The notes below the pieces were generated by a model, which was given only the letters and a program-made list of their open reading frames with translations, was not told the DNA's origin and ran no database searches. The position numbers were made by a program, and so were the translations under genes. From the NCBI GenBank assembly GCA_964016885.1, contig CAXHJY010001253.1:6001-70000 (forward strand): a stretch of DNA of 64,000 nucleotides, given 5' to 3'. Below, in pieces: positions 1-11,656 of this stretch. Within the stretch, counting starts at the first letter, position 1; each line of letters begins with the position of its first letter. The DNA is from Eledone cirrhosa. Taxonomy: Eukaryota.

Positions 1-171
1 CGGCGGACTTTGTTGACGTTTAACACGGTTTGGTTCCACAGCCACAACTATTGATTTTACGGAGATATCTTGCTGAAATTCACGCCACCCATAGCCAATG
101 AGTGTCTGCACATGTACCAGTAATTACAGATCGATCCGACCACGGGCGGCCGGCCCGCGATTGAAAAGGTA

Positions 172-236
172 ACTCCGCCGGCAAATCGTCATTTTTGGAT
201 TCGTTTTCTTCGAAGCACACCATTCGCCGGCGGACT
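172..236. other. Imperfect 15-bp inverted repeat with 35-nt spacer, present in essentially every A monomer (first copy given)
   Basis: ACTCCGCCGGCAAAT (172-186) versus ATTCGCCGGCGGACT (222-236): 13/15 complementary, with a perfect 9-bp core TCCGCCGGC/GCCGGCGGA. Confidence 0.8.
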
Positions 237-1214
237 TTGTTGACGTTTAACACGGTTTGGTTCCACAGCCACAACTATTGATTTTACGGAGATATCTTGC
301 TGAAATTCACGCCACCCATAGCCAATGAGTGTCTGCACATGTACCAGTAATTACAGATCGACCCGACCACGGGCGGCCGGCCCGCGATTGAAAAGGTAAC
401 TCCGCCGGCAAATCGTCATTTTTGGATTCGTTTTCTTCGAAGCACACCATTCGCCGGCGGACTTTGCTGACGTTTAACACGGTTTGGTTCCACAGCCACA
501 ACTATTGATTTTACGGAGATATCTTGCTGAAATTCACGCCACACATAGCCAATGAGTGTCTGCACATGTACCAGTAATTACAGATCGATCCGACCACGGG
601 CGGCCGGCCCGCGATTGAAAAGGTAACTCCGCCGGCAAATCGTCATTTTTGGATTCGTTTTCTTCGAAGCACACCATTCGCCGGCGGACTTTGTTGACGT
701 TTAACACGGTTTGGTTCCACAGCCACAACTATTGATTTTACGGAGATATCTTGCTGAAATTCACGCCACACATAGCCAATGAGTGTCTGCACATGTACCA
801 GTAATTACAGATCGATCCGACCACGGGCGGCCGGCCCGCGATTGAAAAGGTAACTCCGCCGGCAAATCGTCATTTTTGGATTCGTTTTCTTCGAAGCACA
901 CCATTCGCCGGCGGACTTTGTTGACGTTTAACACGGTTTGGTTCCACAGCCACAACTATTGATTTTACGGAGATATCTTGCTGAAATTCACGCCACACAT
1001 AGCCAATGAGTGTCTGCACATGTACCAGTAATTATAGATCGATCCGACCACGGGCGGCCGGCCCGCGATTGAAAAGGTAACTCCGCCGGCAAATCGTCAT
1101 TTTTGGATTCGTTTTCTTCGAAGCACACCATTCGCCGGCGGACTTTGTTGACGTTTAACACGGTTTGGTTCCACAGCCACAACTATTGATTTTACGGAGA
1201 TATCTTGCTGAAAT

Positions 1215-4200
1215 TCACGCCACACATAGCCAATGAGTGTCTGCACATGTACCAGTAATTACAGATCGATCCGACCACGGGCGGCCGGCCCGCGATTGAA
1301 AAGGTAACTCCGCCGGCAAATCGCCATTTTTGGATTCGTTTTCTTCGAAGCACACCATTCGCCGGCGGACTTTGTTGACGTTTAACACGGTTTGGTTCCA
1401 CAGCCACAACTATTGATTTTACCGAGATATCTTGCTGAAATTCACGCCACACATAGCCAATGAGTGTCTGCACATGTACCAGTAATTACAGATCGATCCG
1501 ACCACGGGCGGCCGGGCCGTGATTGAAAAGGTAACTCCGCCGGCAAATCGTCATTTTTGGATTCGTTTTCTTCGAAGCACACCATTCGCCGGCGGACTTT
1601 GCTGACGTTTAACACGGTTTGGTTCCACAGCCACAACTATTGATTTTACGGAGATATCTTGCTGAAATTCACGCCACACATAGCCAATGAGTGTCTGCAC
1701 ATGTACCAGTAATTATAGATCGATCCGACCACGGGCGGCCGGCCCGCGATTGAAAAGGTAACTCCGCCGGCAAATCGTCATTTTTGGATTCGTTTTCTTC
1801 GAAGCACACCATTCGCCGGCGGACTTTGTTGACGTTTAACACGGTTTGGTTCCACAGCCACAACTATTGATTTTACGGAGATATCTTGCTGAAATTCACG
1901 CCACACATAGCCAATGAGTGTCTGCACATGTACCAGTAATTACAGATCGATCCGACCACGGGCGGCCGGCCCGCGATTGAAAAGGTAACTCCGCCGGCAA
2001 ATCGCCATTTTTGGATTCGTTTTCTTCGAAGCACACCATTCGCCGGCGGACTTTGTTGACGTTTAACACGGTTTGGTTCCACAGCCACAACTATTGATTT
2101 TACGGAGATATCTTGCTGAAATTCACGCCACCCATAGCCAATGAGTGTCTGCACATGTACCAGTAATTACAGATCGATACGACCACGGGCGGCCGGCCCG
2201 CGATTGAAAAGGTAACTCCGCCGGCAAATCGTCATTTTTGGATTCGTTTTCTTCGAAGCACACCATTCGCCGGCGGACTTTGCTGACGTTTAACACGGTT
2301 TGGTTCCACAGCCACAACTATTGATTTTACGGAGATATCTTGCTGAAATTCACGCCACCCATAGCCAATGAGTGTCTGCACATGTACCAGTAATTACAGA
2401 TCGATCCGACCACGGGCGGCCGGCCCGCGATTGAAAAGGTAACTCCGCAGGCAAATCGTCATTTTTGGATTCGTTTTCTTCGAAGCACACCATTCGCCGG
2501 CGGACTTTGTTGACGTTTAACACGGTTTGGTTCCACAGCCACAACTATTGATTTTACGGAGATATCTTGCTGAAATTCACGCCACACATAGCCAATGAGT
2601 GTCTGCACATGTACCAGTAATTACAGATCGATCCGACCACGGGCGGCCGGCCCGCGATTGAAAAGGTAACTCCGCCGGCAAATCGTCATTTTTGGATTCG
2701 TTTTCTTCGAAGCACACCATTCGCCGGCGGACTTTGTTGACGTTTAACACGGTTTGGTTCCACAGCCACAACTATTGATTTTACGGAGATATCTTGCTGA
2801 AATTCACGCCACCCATAGCCAATGAGTGTCTGCACATGTACCAGTAATTACAGATCGATCCGACCACGGGCGGCCGGCCCGCGATTGAAAAGGTAACTCC
2901 GCCGGCAAATCGTCATTTTTGGATTCGTTTTCTTCGAAGCACACCATTCGCCGGCGGACTTTGCTGACGTTTAACACGGTTTGGTTCCACAGCCACAACT
3001 ATTGATTTTACGGAGATATCTTGCTGAAATTCACGCCACACATAGCCAATGAGTGTCTGCACATGTACCAGTAATTACAGATCGATCCGACCACGGGCGG
3101 CCGGCCCGCGATTGAAAAGGTAACTCCGCCGGCAAATCGTCATTTTTGGATTCGTTTTCTTCGAAGCACACCATTCGCCGGCGGACTTTGTTGACGTTTA
3201 ACACGGTTTGGTTCCACAGCCACAACTATTGATTTTACGGAGATATCTTGCTGAAATTCACGCCACCCATAGCCAATGAGTGTCTGCACATGTACCAGTA
3301 ATTACAGATCGATACGACCACGGGCGGCCGGCCCGCGATTGAAAAGGTAACTCCGCCGGCAAATCGTCATTTTTGGATTCGTTTTCTTCGAAGCACACCA
3401 TTCGCCGGCGGACTTTGCTGACGTTTAACACGGTTTGGTTCCACAGCCACAACTATTGATTTTACGGAGATATCTTGCTGAAATTCACGCCACACATAGC
3501 CAATGAGTGTCTGCACATGTACCAGTAATTACAGATCGATCCGACCACGGGCGGCCGGCCCGCGATTGAAAAGGTAACTCCGCCGGCAAATCGCCATTTT
3601 TGGATTCGTTTTCTTCGAAGCACACCATTCGCCGGCGGACTTTGTTGACGTTTAACACGGTTTGGTTCCACAGCCACAACTATTGATTTTACCGAGATAT
3701 CTTGCTGAAATTCACGCCACACATAGCCAATGAGTGTCTGCACATGTACCAGTAATTACAGATCGATCCGACCACGGGCGGCCGGGCCGTGATTGAAAAG
3801 GTAACTCCGCCGGCAAATCGTCATTTTTGGATTCGTTTTCTTCGAAGCACACCATTCGCCGGCGGACTTTGCTGACGTTTAACACGGTTTGGTTCCACAG
3901 CCACAACTATTGATTTTACGGAGATATCTTGCTGAAATTCACGCCACACATAGCCAATGAGTGTCTGCACATGTACCAGTAATTATAGATCGATCCGACC
4001 ACGGGCGGCCGGCCCGCGATTGAAAAGGTAACTCCGCCGGCAAATCGTCATTTTTGGATTCGTTTTCTTCGAAGCACACCATTCGCCGGCGGACTTTGTT
4101 GACGTTTAACACGGTTTGGTTCCACAGCCACAACTATTGATTTTACGGAGATATCTTGCTGAAATTCACGCCACACATAGCCAATGAGTGTCTGCACATG

Positions 4201-5981
4201 TACCAGTAATTACAGATCGATCCGACCACGGGCGGCCGGCCCGCGATTGAAAAGGTAACTCCGCCGGCAAATCGCCATTTTTGGATTCGTTTTCTTCGAA
4301 GCACACCATTCGCCGGCGGACTTTGTTGACGTTTAACACGGTTTGGTTCCACAGCCACAACTATTGATTTTACGGAGATATCTTGCTGAAATTCACGCCA
4401 CCCATAGCCAATGAGTGTCTGCACATGTACCAGTAATTACAGATCGATACGACCACGGGCGGCCGGCCCGCGATTGAAAAGGTAACTCCGCCGGCAAATC
4501 GTCATTTTTGGATTCGTTTTCTTCGAAGCACACCATTCGCCGGCGGACTTTGCTGACGTTTAACACGGTTTGGTTCCACAGCCACAACTATTGATTTTAC
4601 GGAGATATCTTGCTGAAATTCACGCCACCCATAGCCAATGAGTGTCTGCACATGTACCAGTAATTACAGATCGATCCGACCACGGGCGGCCGGCCCGCGA
4701 TTGAAAAGGTAACTCCGCAGGCAAATCGTCATTTTTGGATTCGTTTTCTTCGAAGCACACCATTCGCCGGCGGACTTTGTTGACGTTTAACACGGTTTGG
4801 TTCCACAGCCACAACTATTGATTTTACGGAGATATCTTGCTGAAATTCACGCCACCCATAGCCAATGAGTGTCTGCACATGTACCAGTAATTACAGATCG
4901 ATCCGACCACGGGCGGCCGGCCCGCGATTGAAAAGGTAACTCCGCAGGCAAATCGTCATTTTTGGATTCGTTTTCTTCGAAGCACACCATTCGCCGGCGG
5001 ACTTTGTTGACGTTTAACACGGTTTGGTTCCACAGCCACAACTATTGATTTTACGGAGATATCTTGCTGAAATTCACGCCACACATAGCCAATGAGTGTC
5101 TGCACATGTACCAGTAATTACAGATCGATCCGACCACGGGCGGCCGGCCCGCGATTGAAAAGGTAACTCCGCCGGCAAATCGTCATTTTTGGATTCGTTT
5201 TCTTCGAAGCACACCATTCGCCGGCGGACTTTGTTGACGTTTAACACGGTTTGGTTCCACAGCCACAACTATTGATTTTACGGAGATATCTTGCTGAAAT
5301 TCACGCCACCCATAGCCAATGAGTGTCTGCACATGTACCAGTAATTACAGATCGATCCGACCACGGGCGGCCGGCCCGCGATTGAAAAGGTAACTCCGCC
5401 GGCAAATCGTCATTTTTGGATTCGTTTTCTTCGAAGCACACCATTCGCCGGCGGACTTTGCTGACGTTTAACACGGTTTGGTTCCACAGCCACAACTATT
5501 GATTTTACGGAGATATCTTGCTGAAATTCACGCCACACATAGCCAATGAGTGTCTGCACATGTACCAGTAATTACAGATCGATCCGACCACGGGCGGCCG
5601 GCCCGCGATTGAAAAGGTAACTCCGCCGGCAAATCGTCATTTTTGGATTCGTTTTCTTCGAAGCACACCATTCGCCGGCGGACTTTGTTGACGTTTAACA
5701 CGGTTTGGTTCCACAGCCACAACTATTGATTTTACGGAGATATCTTGCTGAAATTCACGCCACCCATAGCCAATGAGTGTCTGCACATGTACCAGTAATT
5801 ACAGATCGATACGACCACGGGCGGCCGGCCCGCGATTGAAAAGGTAACTCCGCCGGCAAATCGTCATTTTTGGATTCGTTTTCTTCGAAGCACACCATTC
5901 GCCGGCGGACTTTGCTGACGTTTAACACGGTTTGGTTCCACAGCCACAACTATTGATTTTACGGAGATATCTTGCTGAAAT
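1215..5981. repeat. Local higher-order duplication: 10-mer (2270 bp) followed by a copy in which one monomer is itself duplicated (11-mer)
   Basis: The SNP order of monomers at 1215, 1442, 1669, 1896, 2123, 2350 recurs at +2270. The rare CCGCAGGC monomer (2350) appears twice in the second copy (4620, 4847), after which the offset is +2497. Confidence 0.85.
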
Positions 5982-6208
5982 TCACGCCACACATAGCCAA
6001 TGAGTGTCTGCACATGTACCAGTAATTACAGATCGATCCGACCACAGGCGGCCGGCCCGCGATTGAAAAGGTAACTCCGCCGGCAAATCGTCATTTTTGG
6101 ATTCGTTTTCTTCGAAGCACACCATTCGCCGGCGGACTTTGCTGACGTTTAACACGGTTTGGTTCCACAGCCACAACTATTGATTTTACGGAGATATCTT
6201 GCTGAAAT

Positions 6209-9200
6209 TCACGCCACCCATAGCCAATGAGTGTCTGCACATGTACCAGTAATTACAGATCGATCCGACCACGGGCGGCCGGCCCGCGATTGAAAAGGTA
6301 ACTCCGCCGGCAAATCGTCATTTTTGGATTCGTTTTCTTCGAAGCACACCATTCGCCGGCGGACTTTGTTGACGTTTAACACGGTTTGGTTCCACAGCCA
6401 CAACTATTGATTTTACGGAGATATCTTGCTGAAATTCACGCCACCCATAGCCAATGAGTGTCTGCACATGTACCAGTAATTACAGATCGATCCGACCACG
6501 GGCGGCCGGCCCGCGATTGAAAAGGTAACTCCGCCGGCAAATCGTCATTTTTGGATTCGTTTTCTTCGAAGCACACCATTCGCCGGCGGACTTTGCTGAC
6601 GTTTAACACGGTTTGGTTCCACAGCCACAACTATTGATTTTACGGAGATATCTTGCTGAAATTCACGCCACCCATAGCCAATGAGTGTCTGCACATGTAC
6701 CAGTAATTACAGATCGATCCGACCACGGGCGGCCGGGCCGTGATTGAAAAGGTAACTCCGCCGGCAAATCGTCATTTTTGGATTCGTTTTCTTCGAAGCA
6801 CACCATTCGCCGGCGGACTTTGTTGACGTTTAACACGGTTTGGTTCCACAGCCACAACTATTGATTTTACGGAGATATCTTGCTGAAATTCACGCCACCC
6901 ATAGCCAATGAGTGTCTGCACATGTACCAGTAATTACAGATCGACCCGACCACGGGCGGCCGGCCCGCGATTGAAAAGGTAACTCCGCCGGCAAATCGTC
7001 ATTTTTGGATTCGTTTTCTTCGAAGCACACCATTCGCCGGCGGACTTTGCTGACGTTTAACACGGTTTGGTTCCACAGCCACAACTATTGATTTTACGGA
7101 GATATCTTGCTGAAATTCACGCCACACATAGCCAATGAGTGTCTGCACATGTACCAGTAATTACAGATCGATCCGACCACGGGCGGCCGGCCCGCGATTG
7201 AAAAGGTAACTCCGCCGGCAAATCGTCATTTTTGGATTCGTTTTCTTCGAAGCACACCATTCGCCGGCGGACTTTGTTGACGTTTAACACGGTTTGGTTC
7301 CACAGCCACAACTATTGATTTTACGGAGATATCTTGCTGAAATTCACGCCACACATAGCCAATGAGTGTCTGCACATGTACCAGTAATTACAGATCGATC
7401 CGACCACGGGCGGCCGGCCCGCGATTGAAAAGGTAACTCCGCCGGCAAATCGTCATTTTTGGATTCGTTTTCTTCGAAGCACACCATTCGCCGGCGGACT
7501 TTGTTGACGTTTAACACGGTTTGGTTCCACAGCCACAACTATTGATTTTACGGAGATATCTTGCTGAAATTCACGCCACCCATAGCCAATGAGTGTCTGC
7601 ACATGTACCAGTAATTACAGATCGATCCGACCACGGGCGGCCGGCCCGCGATTGAAAAGGTAACTCCGCCGGCAAATCGTCATTTTTGGATTCGTTTTCT
7701 TCGAAGCACACCATTCGCCGGCGGACTTTGCTGACGTTTAACACGGTTTGGTTCCACAGCCACAACTATTGATTTTACGGAGATATCTTGCTGAAATTCA
7801 CGCCACACATAGCCAATGAGTGTCTGCACATGTACCAGTAATTACAGATCGATCCGACTACAGGCGGCCGGCCCGCGATTGAAAAGGTAACTCCGCCGGC
7901 AAATCGTCATTTTTGGATTCGTTTTCTTCGAAGCACACCATTCGCCGGCGGACTTTGTTGACGTTTAACACGGTTTGGTTCCACAGCCACAACTATTGAT
8001 TTTACGGAGATATCTTGCTGAAATTCACGCCACCCATAGCCAATGAGTGTCTGCACATGTACCAGTAATTACAGATCGATACGACCACGGGCGGCCGGCC
8101 CGCGATTGAAAAGGTAACTCCGCCGGCAAATCGTCATTTTTGGATTCGTTTTCTTCGAAGCACACCATTCGCCGGCGGACTTTGCTGACGTTTAACACGG
8201 TTTGGTTCCACAGCCACAACTATTGATTTTACGGAGATATCTTGCTGAAATTCACGCCACCCATAGCCAATGAGTGTCTGCACATGTACCAGTAATTACA
8301 GATCGATCCGACCACGGGCGGCCGGCCCGCGATTGAAAAGGTAACTCCGCCGGCAAATCGTCATTTTTGGATTCGTTTTCTTCGAAGCACACCATTCGCC
8401 GGCGGACTTTGTTGACGTTTAACACGGTTTGGTTCCACAGCCACAACTATTGATTTTACGGAGATATCTTGCTGAAATTCACGCCACCCATAGCCAATGA
8501 GTGTCTGCACATGTACCAGTAATTACAGATCGATCCGACCACGGGCGGCCGGCCCGCGATTGAAAAGGTAACTCCGCCGGCAAATCGTCATTTTTGGATT
8601 CGTTTTCTTCGAAGCACACCATTCGCCGGCGGACTTTGCTGACGTTTAACACGGTTTGGTTCCACAGCCACAACTATTGATTTTACGGAGATATCTTGCT
8701 GAAATTCACGCCACCCATAGCCAATGAGTGTCTGCACATGTACCAGTAATTACAGATCGATCCGACCACGGGCGGCCGGGCCGTGATTGAAAAGGTAACT
8801 CCGCCGGCAAATCGTCATTTTTGGATTCGTTTTCTTCGAAGCACACCATTCGCCGGCGGACTTTGTTGACGTTTAACACGGTTTGGTTCCACAGCCACAA
8901 CTATTGATTTTACGGAGATATCTTGCTGAAATTCACGCCACCCATAGCCAATGAGTGTCTGCACATGTACCAGTAATTACAGATCGACCCGACCACGGGC
9001 GGCCGGCCCGCGATTGAAAAGGTAACTCCGCCGGCAAATCGTCATTTTTGGATTCGTTTTCTTCGAAGCACACCATTCGCCGGCGGACTTTGCTGACGTT
9101 TAACACGGTTTGGTTCCACAGCCACAACTATTGATTTTACGGAGATATCTTGCTGAAATTCACGCCACACATAGCCAATGAGTGTCTGCACATGTACCAG

Positions 9201-9613
9201 TAATTACAGATCGATCCGACCACGGGCGGCCGGCCCGCGATTGAAAAGGTAACTCCGCCGGCAAATCGTCATTTTTGGATTCGTTTTCTTCGAAGCACAC
9301 CATTCGCCGGCGGACTTTGTTGACGTTTAACACGGTTTGGTTCCACAGCCACAACTATTGATTTTACGGAGATATCTTGCTGAAATTCACGCCACACATA
9401 GCCAATGAGTGTCTGCACATGTACCAGTAATTACAGATCGATCCGACCACGGGCGGCCGGCCCGCGATTGAAAAGGTAACTCCGCCGGCAAATCGTCATT
9501 TTTGGATTCGTTTTCTTCGAAGCACACCATTCGCCGGCGGACTTTGTTGACGTTTAACACGGTTTGGTTCCACAGCCACAACTATTGATTTTACGGAGAT
9601 ATCTTGCTGAAAT
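6209..9613. repeat. Local 9-mer (2043 bp) periodicity of A monomers
   Basis: Diagnostic variants recur at +2043: 6663->8706 (GGGCCGTG), 6890->8933 (GACCCG), 6209->8252. Confidence 0.8.
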
Positions 9614-9840
9614 TCACGCCACACATAGCCAATGAGTGTCTGCACATGTACCAGTAATTATAGATCGATCCGACCACGGGCGGCCGGCCCGCGATTGAAA
9701 AGGTAACTCCGCCGGCAAATCGTCATTTTTGGATTCGTTTTCTTCGAAGCACACCATTCGCCGGCGGACTTTGTTGACGTTTAACACGGTTTGGTTCCAC
9801 AGCCACAACTATTGATTTTACGGAGATATCTTGCTGAAAT

Positions 9841-11656
9841 TCACGCCACACATAGCCAATGAGTGTCTGCACATGTACCAGTAATTACAGATCGATCCGA
9901 CCACGGGCTGCCGGCCCGCGATTGAAAAGGTAACTCCGCCGGCAAATCGCCATTTTTGGATTCGTTTTCTTCGAAGCACACCATTCGCCGGCGGACTTTG
10001 TTGACGTTTAACACGGTTTGGTTCCACAGCCACAACTATTGATTTTACCGAGATATCTTGCTGAAATTCACGCCACACATAGCCAATGAGTGTCTGCACA
10101 TGTACCAGTAATTACAGATCGATCCGACCACGGGCGGCCGGCCCGCGATTGAAAAGGTAACTCCGCCGGCAAATCGTCATTTTTGGATTCGTTTTCTTCG
10201 AAGCACACCATTCGCCGGCGGACTTTGCTGACGTTTAACACGGTTTGGTTCCACAGCCACAACTATTGATTTTACGGAGATATCTTGCTGAAATTCACGC
10301 CACACATAGCCAATGAGTGTCTGCACATGTACCAGTAATTACAGATCGATCCGACCACGGGCGGCCGGCCCGCGATTGAAAAGGTAACTCCGCCGGCAAA
10401 TCGTCATTTTTGGATTCGTTTTCTTCGAAGCACACCATTCGCCGGCGGACTTTGTTGACGTTTAACACGGTTTGGTTCCACAGCCACAACTATTGATTTT
10501 ACGGAGATATCTTGCTGAAATTCACGCCACACATAGCCAATGAGTGTCTGCACATGTACCAGTAATTACACATCGATCCGACCACGGGCGGCCGGGCCGT
10601 GATTGAAAAGGTAACTCCGCCGGCAAATCGTCATTTTTGGATTCGTTTTCTTCGAAGCACACCATTCGCCGGCGGACTTTGCTGACGTTTAACACGGTTT
10701 GGTTCCACAGCCACAACTATTGATTTTACGGAGATATCTTGCTGAAATTCACGCCACACATAGCCAATGAGTGTCTGCACATGTACCAGTAATTACAGAT
10801 CGATCCGACCACGGGCTGCCGGCCCGCGATTGAAAAGGTAACTCCGCCGGCAAATCGCCATTTTTGGATTCGTTTTCTTCGAAGCACACCATTCGCCGGC
10901 GGACTTTGTTGACGTTTAACACGGTTTGGTTCCACAGCCACAACTATTGATTTTACCGAGATATCTTGCTGAAATTCACGCCACACATAGCCAATGAGTG
11001 TCTGCACATGTACCAGTAATTACAGATCGATCCGACCACGGGCGGCCGGCCCGCGATTGAAAAGGTAACTCCGCCGGCAAATCGTCATTTTTGGATTCGT
11101 TTTCTTCGAAGCACACCATTCGCCGGCGGACTTTGCTGACGTTTAACACGGTTTGGTTCCACAGCCACAACTATTGATTTTACGGAGATATCTTGCTGAA
11201 ATTCACGCCACACATAGCCAATGAGTGTCTGCACATGTACCAGTAATTACAGATCGATCCGACCACGGGCGGCCGGCCCGCGATTGAAAAGGTAACTCCG
11301 CCGGCAAATCGTCATTTTTGGATTCGTTTTCTTCGAAGCACACCATTCGCCGGCGGACTTTGTTGACGTTTAACACGGTTTGGTTCCACAGCCACAACTA
11401 TTGATTTTACGGAGATATCTTGCTGAAATTCACGCCACACATAGCCAATGAGTGTCTGCACATGTACCAGTAATTACACATCGATCCGACCACGGGCGGC
11501 CGGGCCGTGATTGAAAAGGTAACTCCGCCGGCAAATCGTCATTTTTGGATTCGTTTTCTTCGAAGCACACCATTCGCCGGCGGACTTTGCTGACGTTTAA
11601 CACGGTTTGGTTCCACAGCCACAACTATTGATTTTACGGAGATATCTTGCTGAAAT
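9841..11656. repeat. Two tandem copies of a 4-mer (908 bp) of A monomers
   Basis: GGGCTGCC/ATCGCC monomer at 9841 and 10749; TACACATC/GGGCCGTG monomer at 10522 and 11430. Confidence 0.85.

Noticed and set aside
254-275. tRNA/Pol III B-box-like GGTTCCACAGCCA
   Set aside because: Does not match GTTCRANNC, no suitably spaced A box, no cloverleaf, and no resemblance to 5S rRNA that I can recognise.
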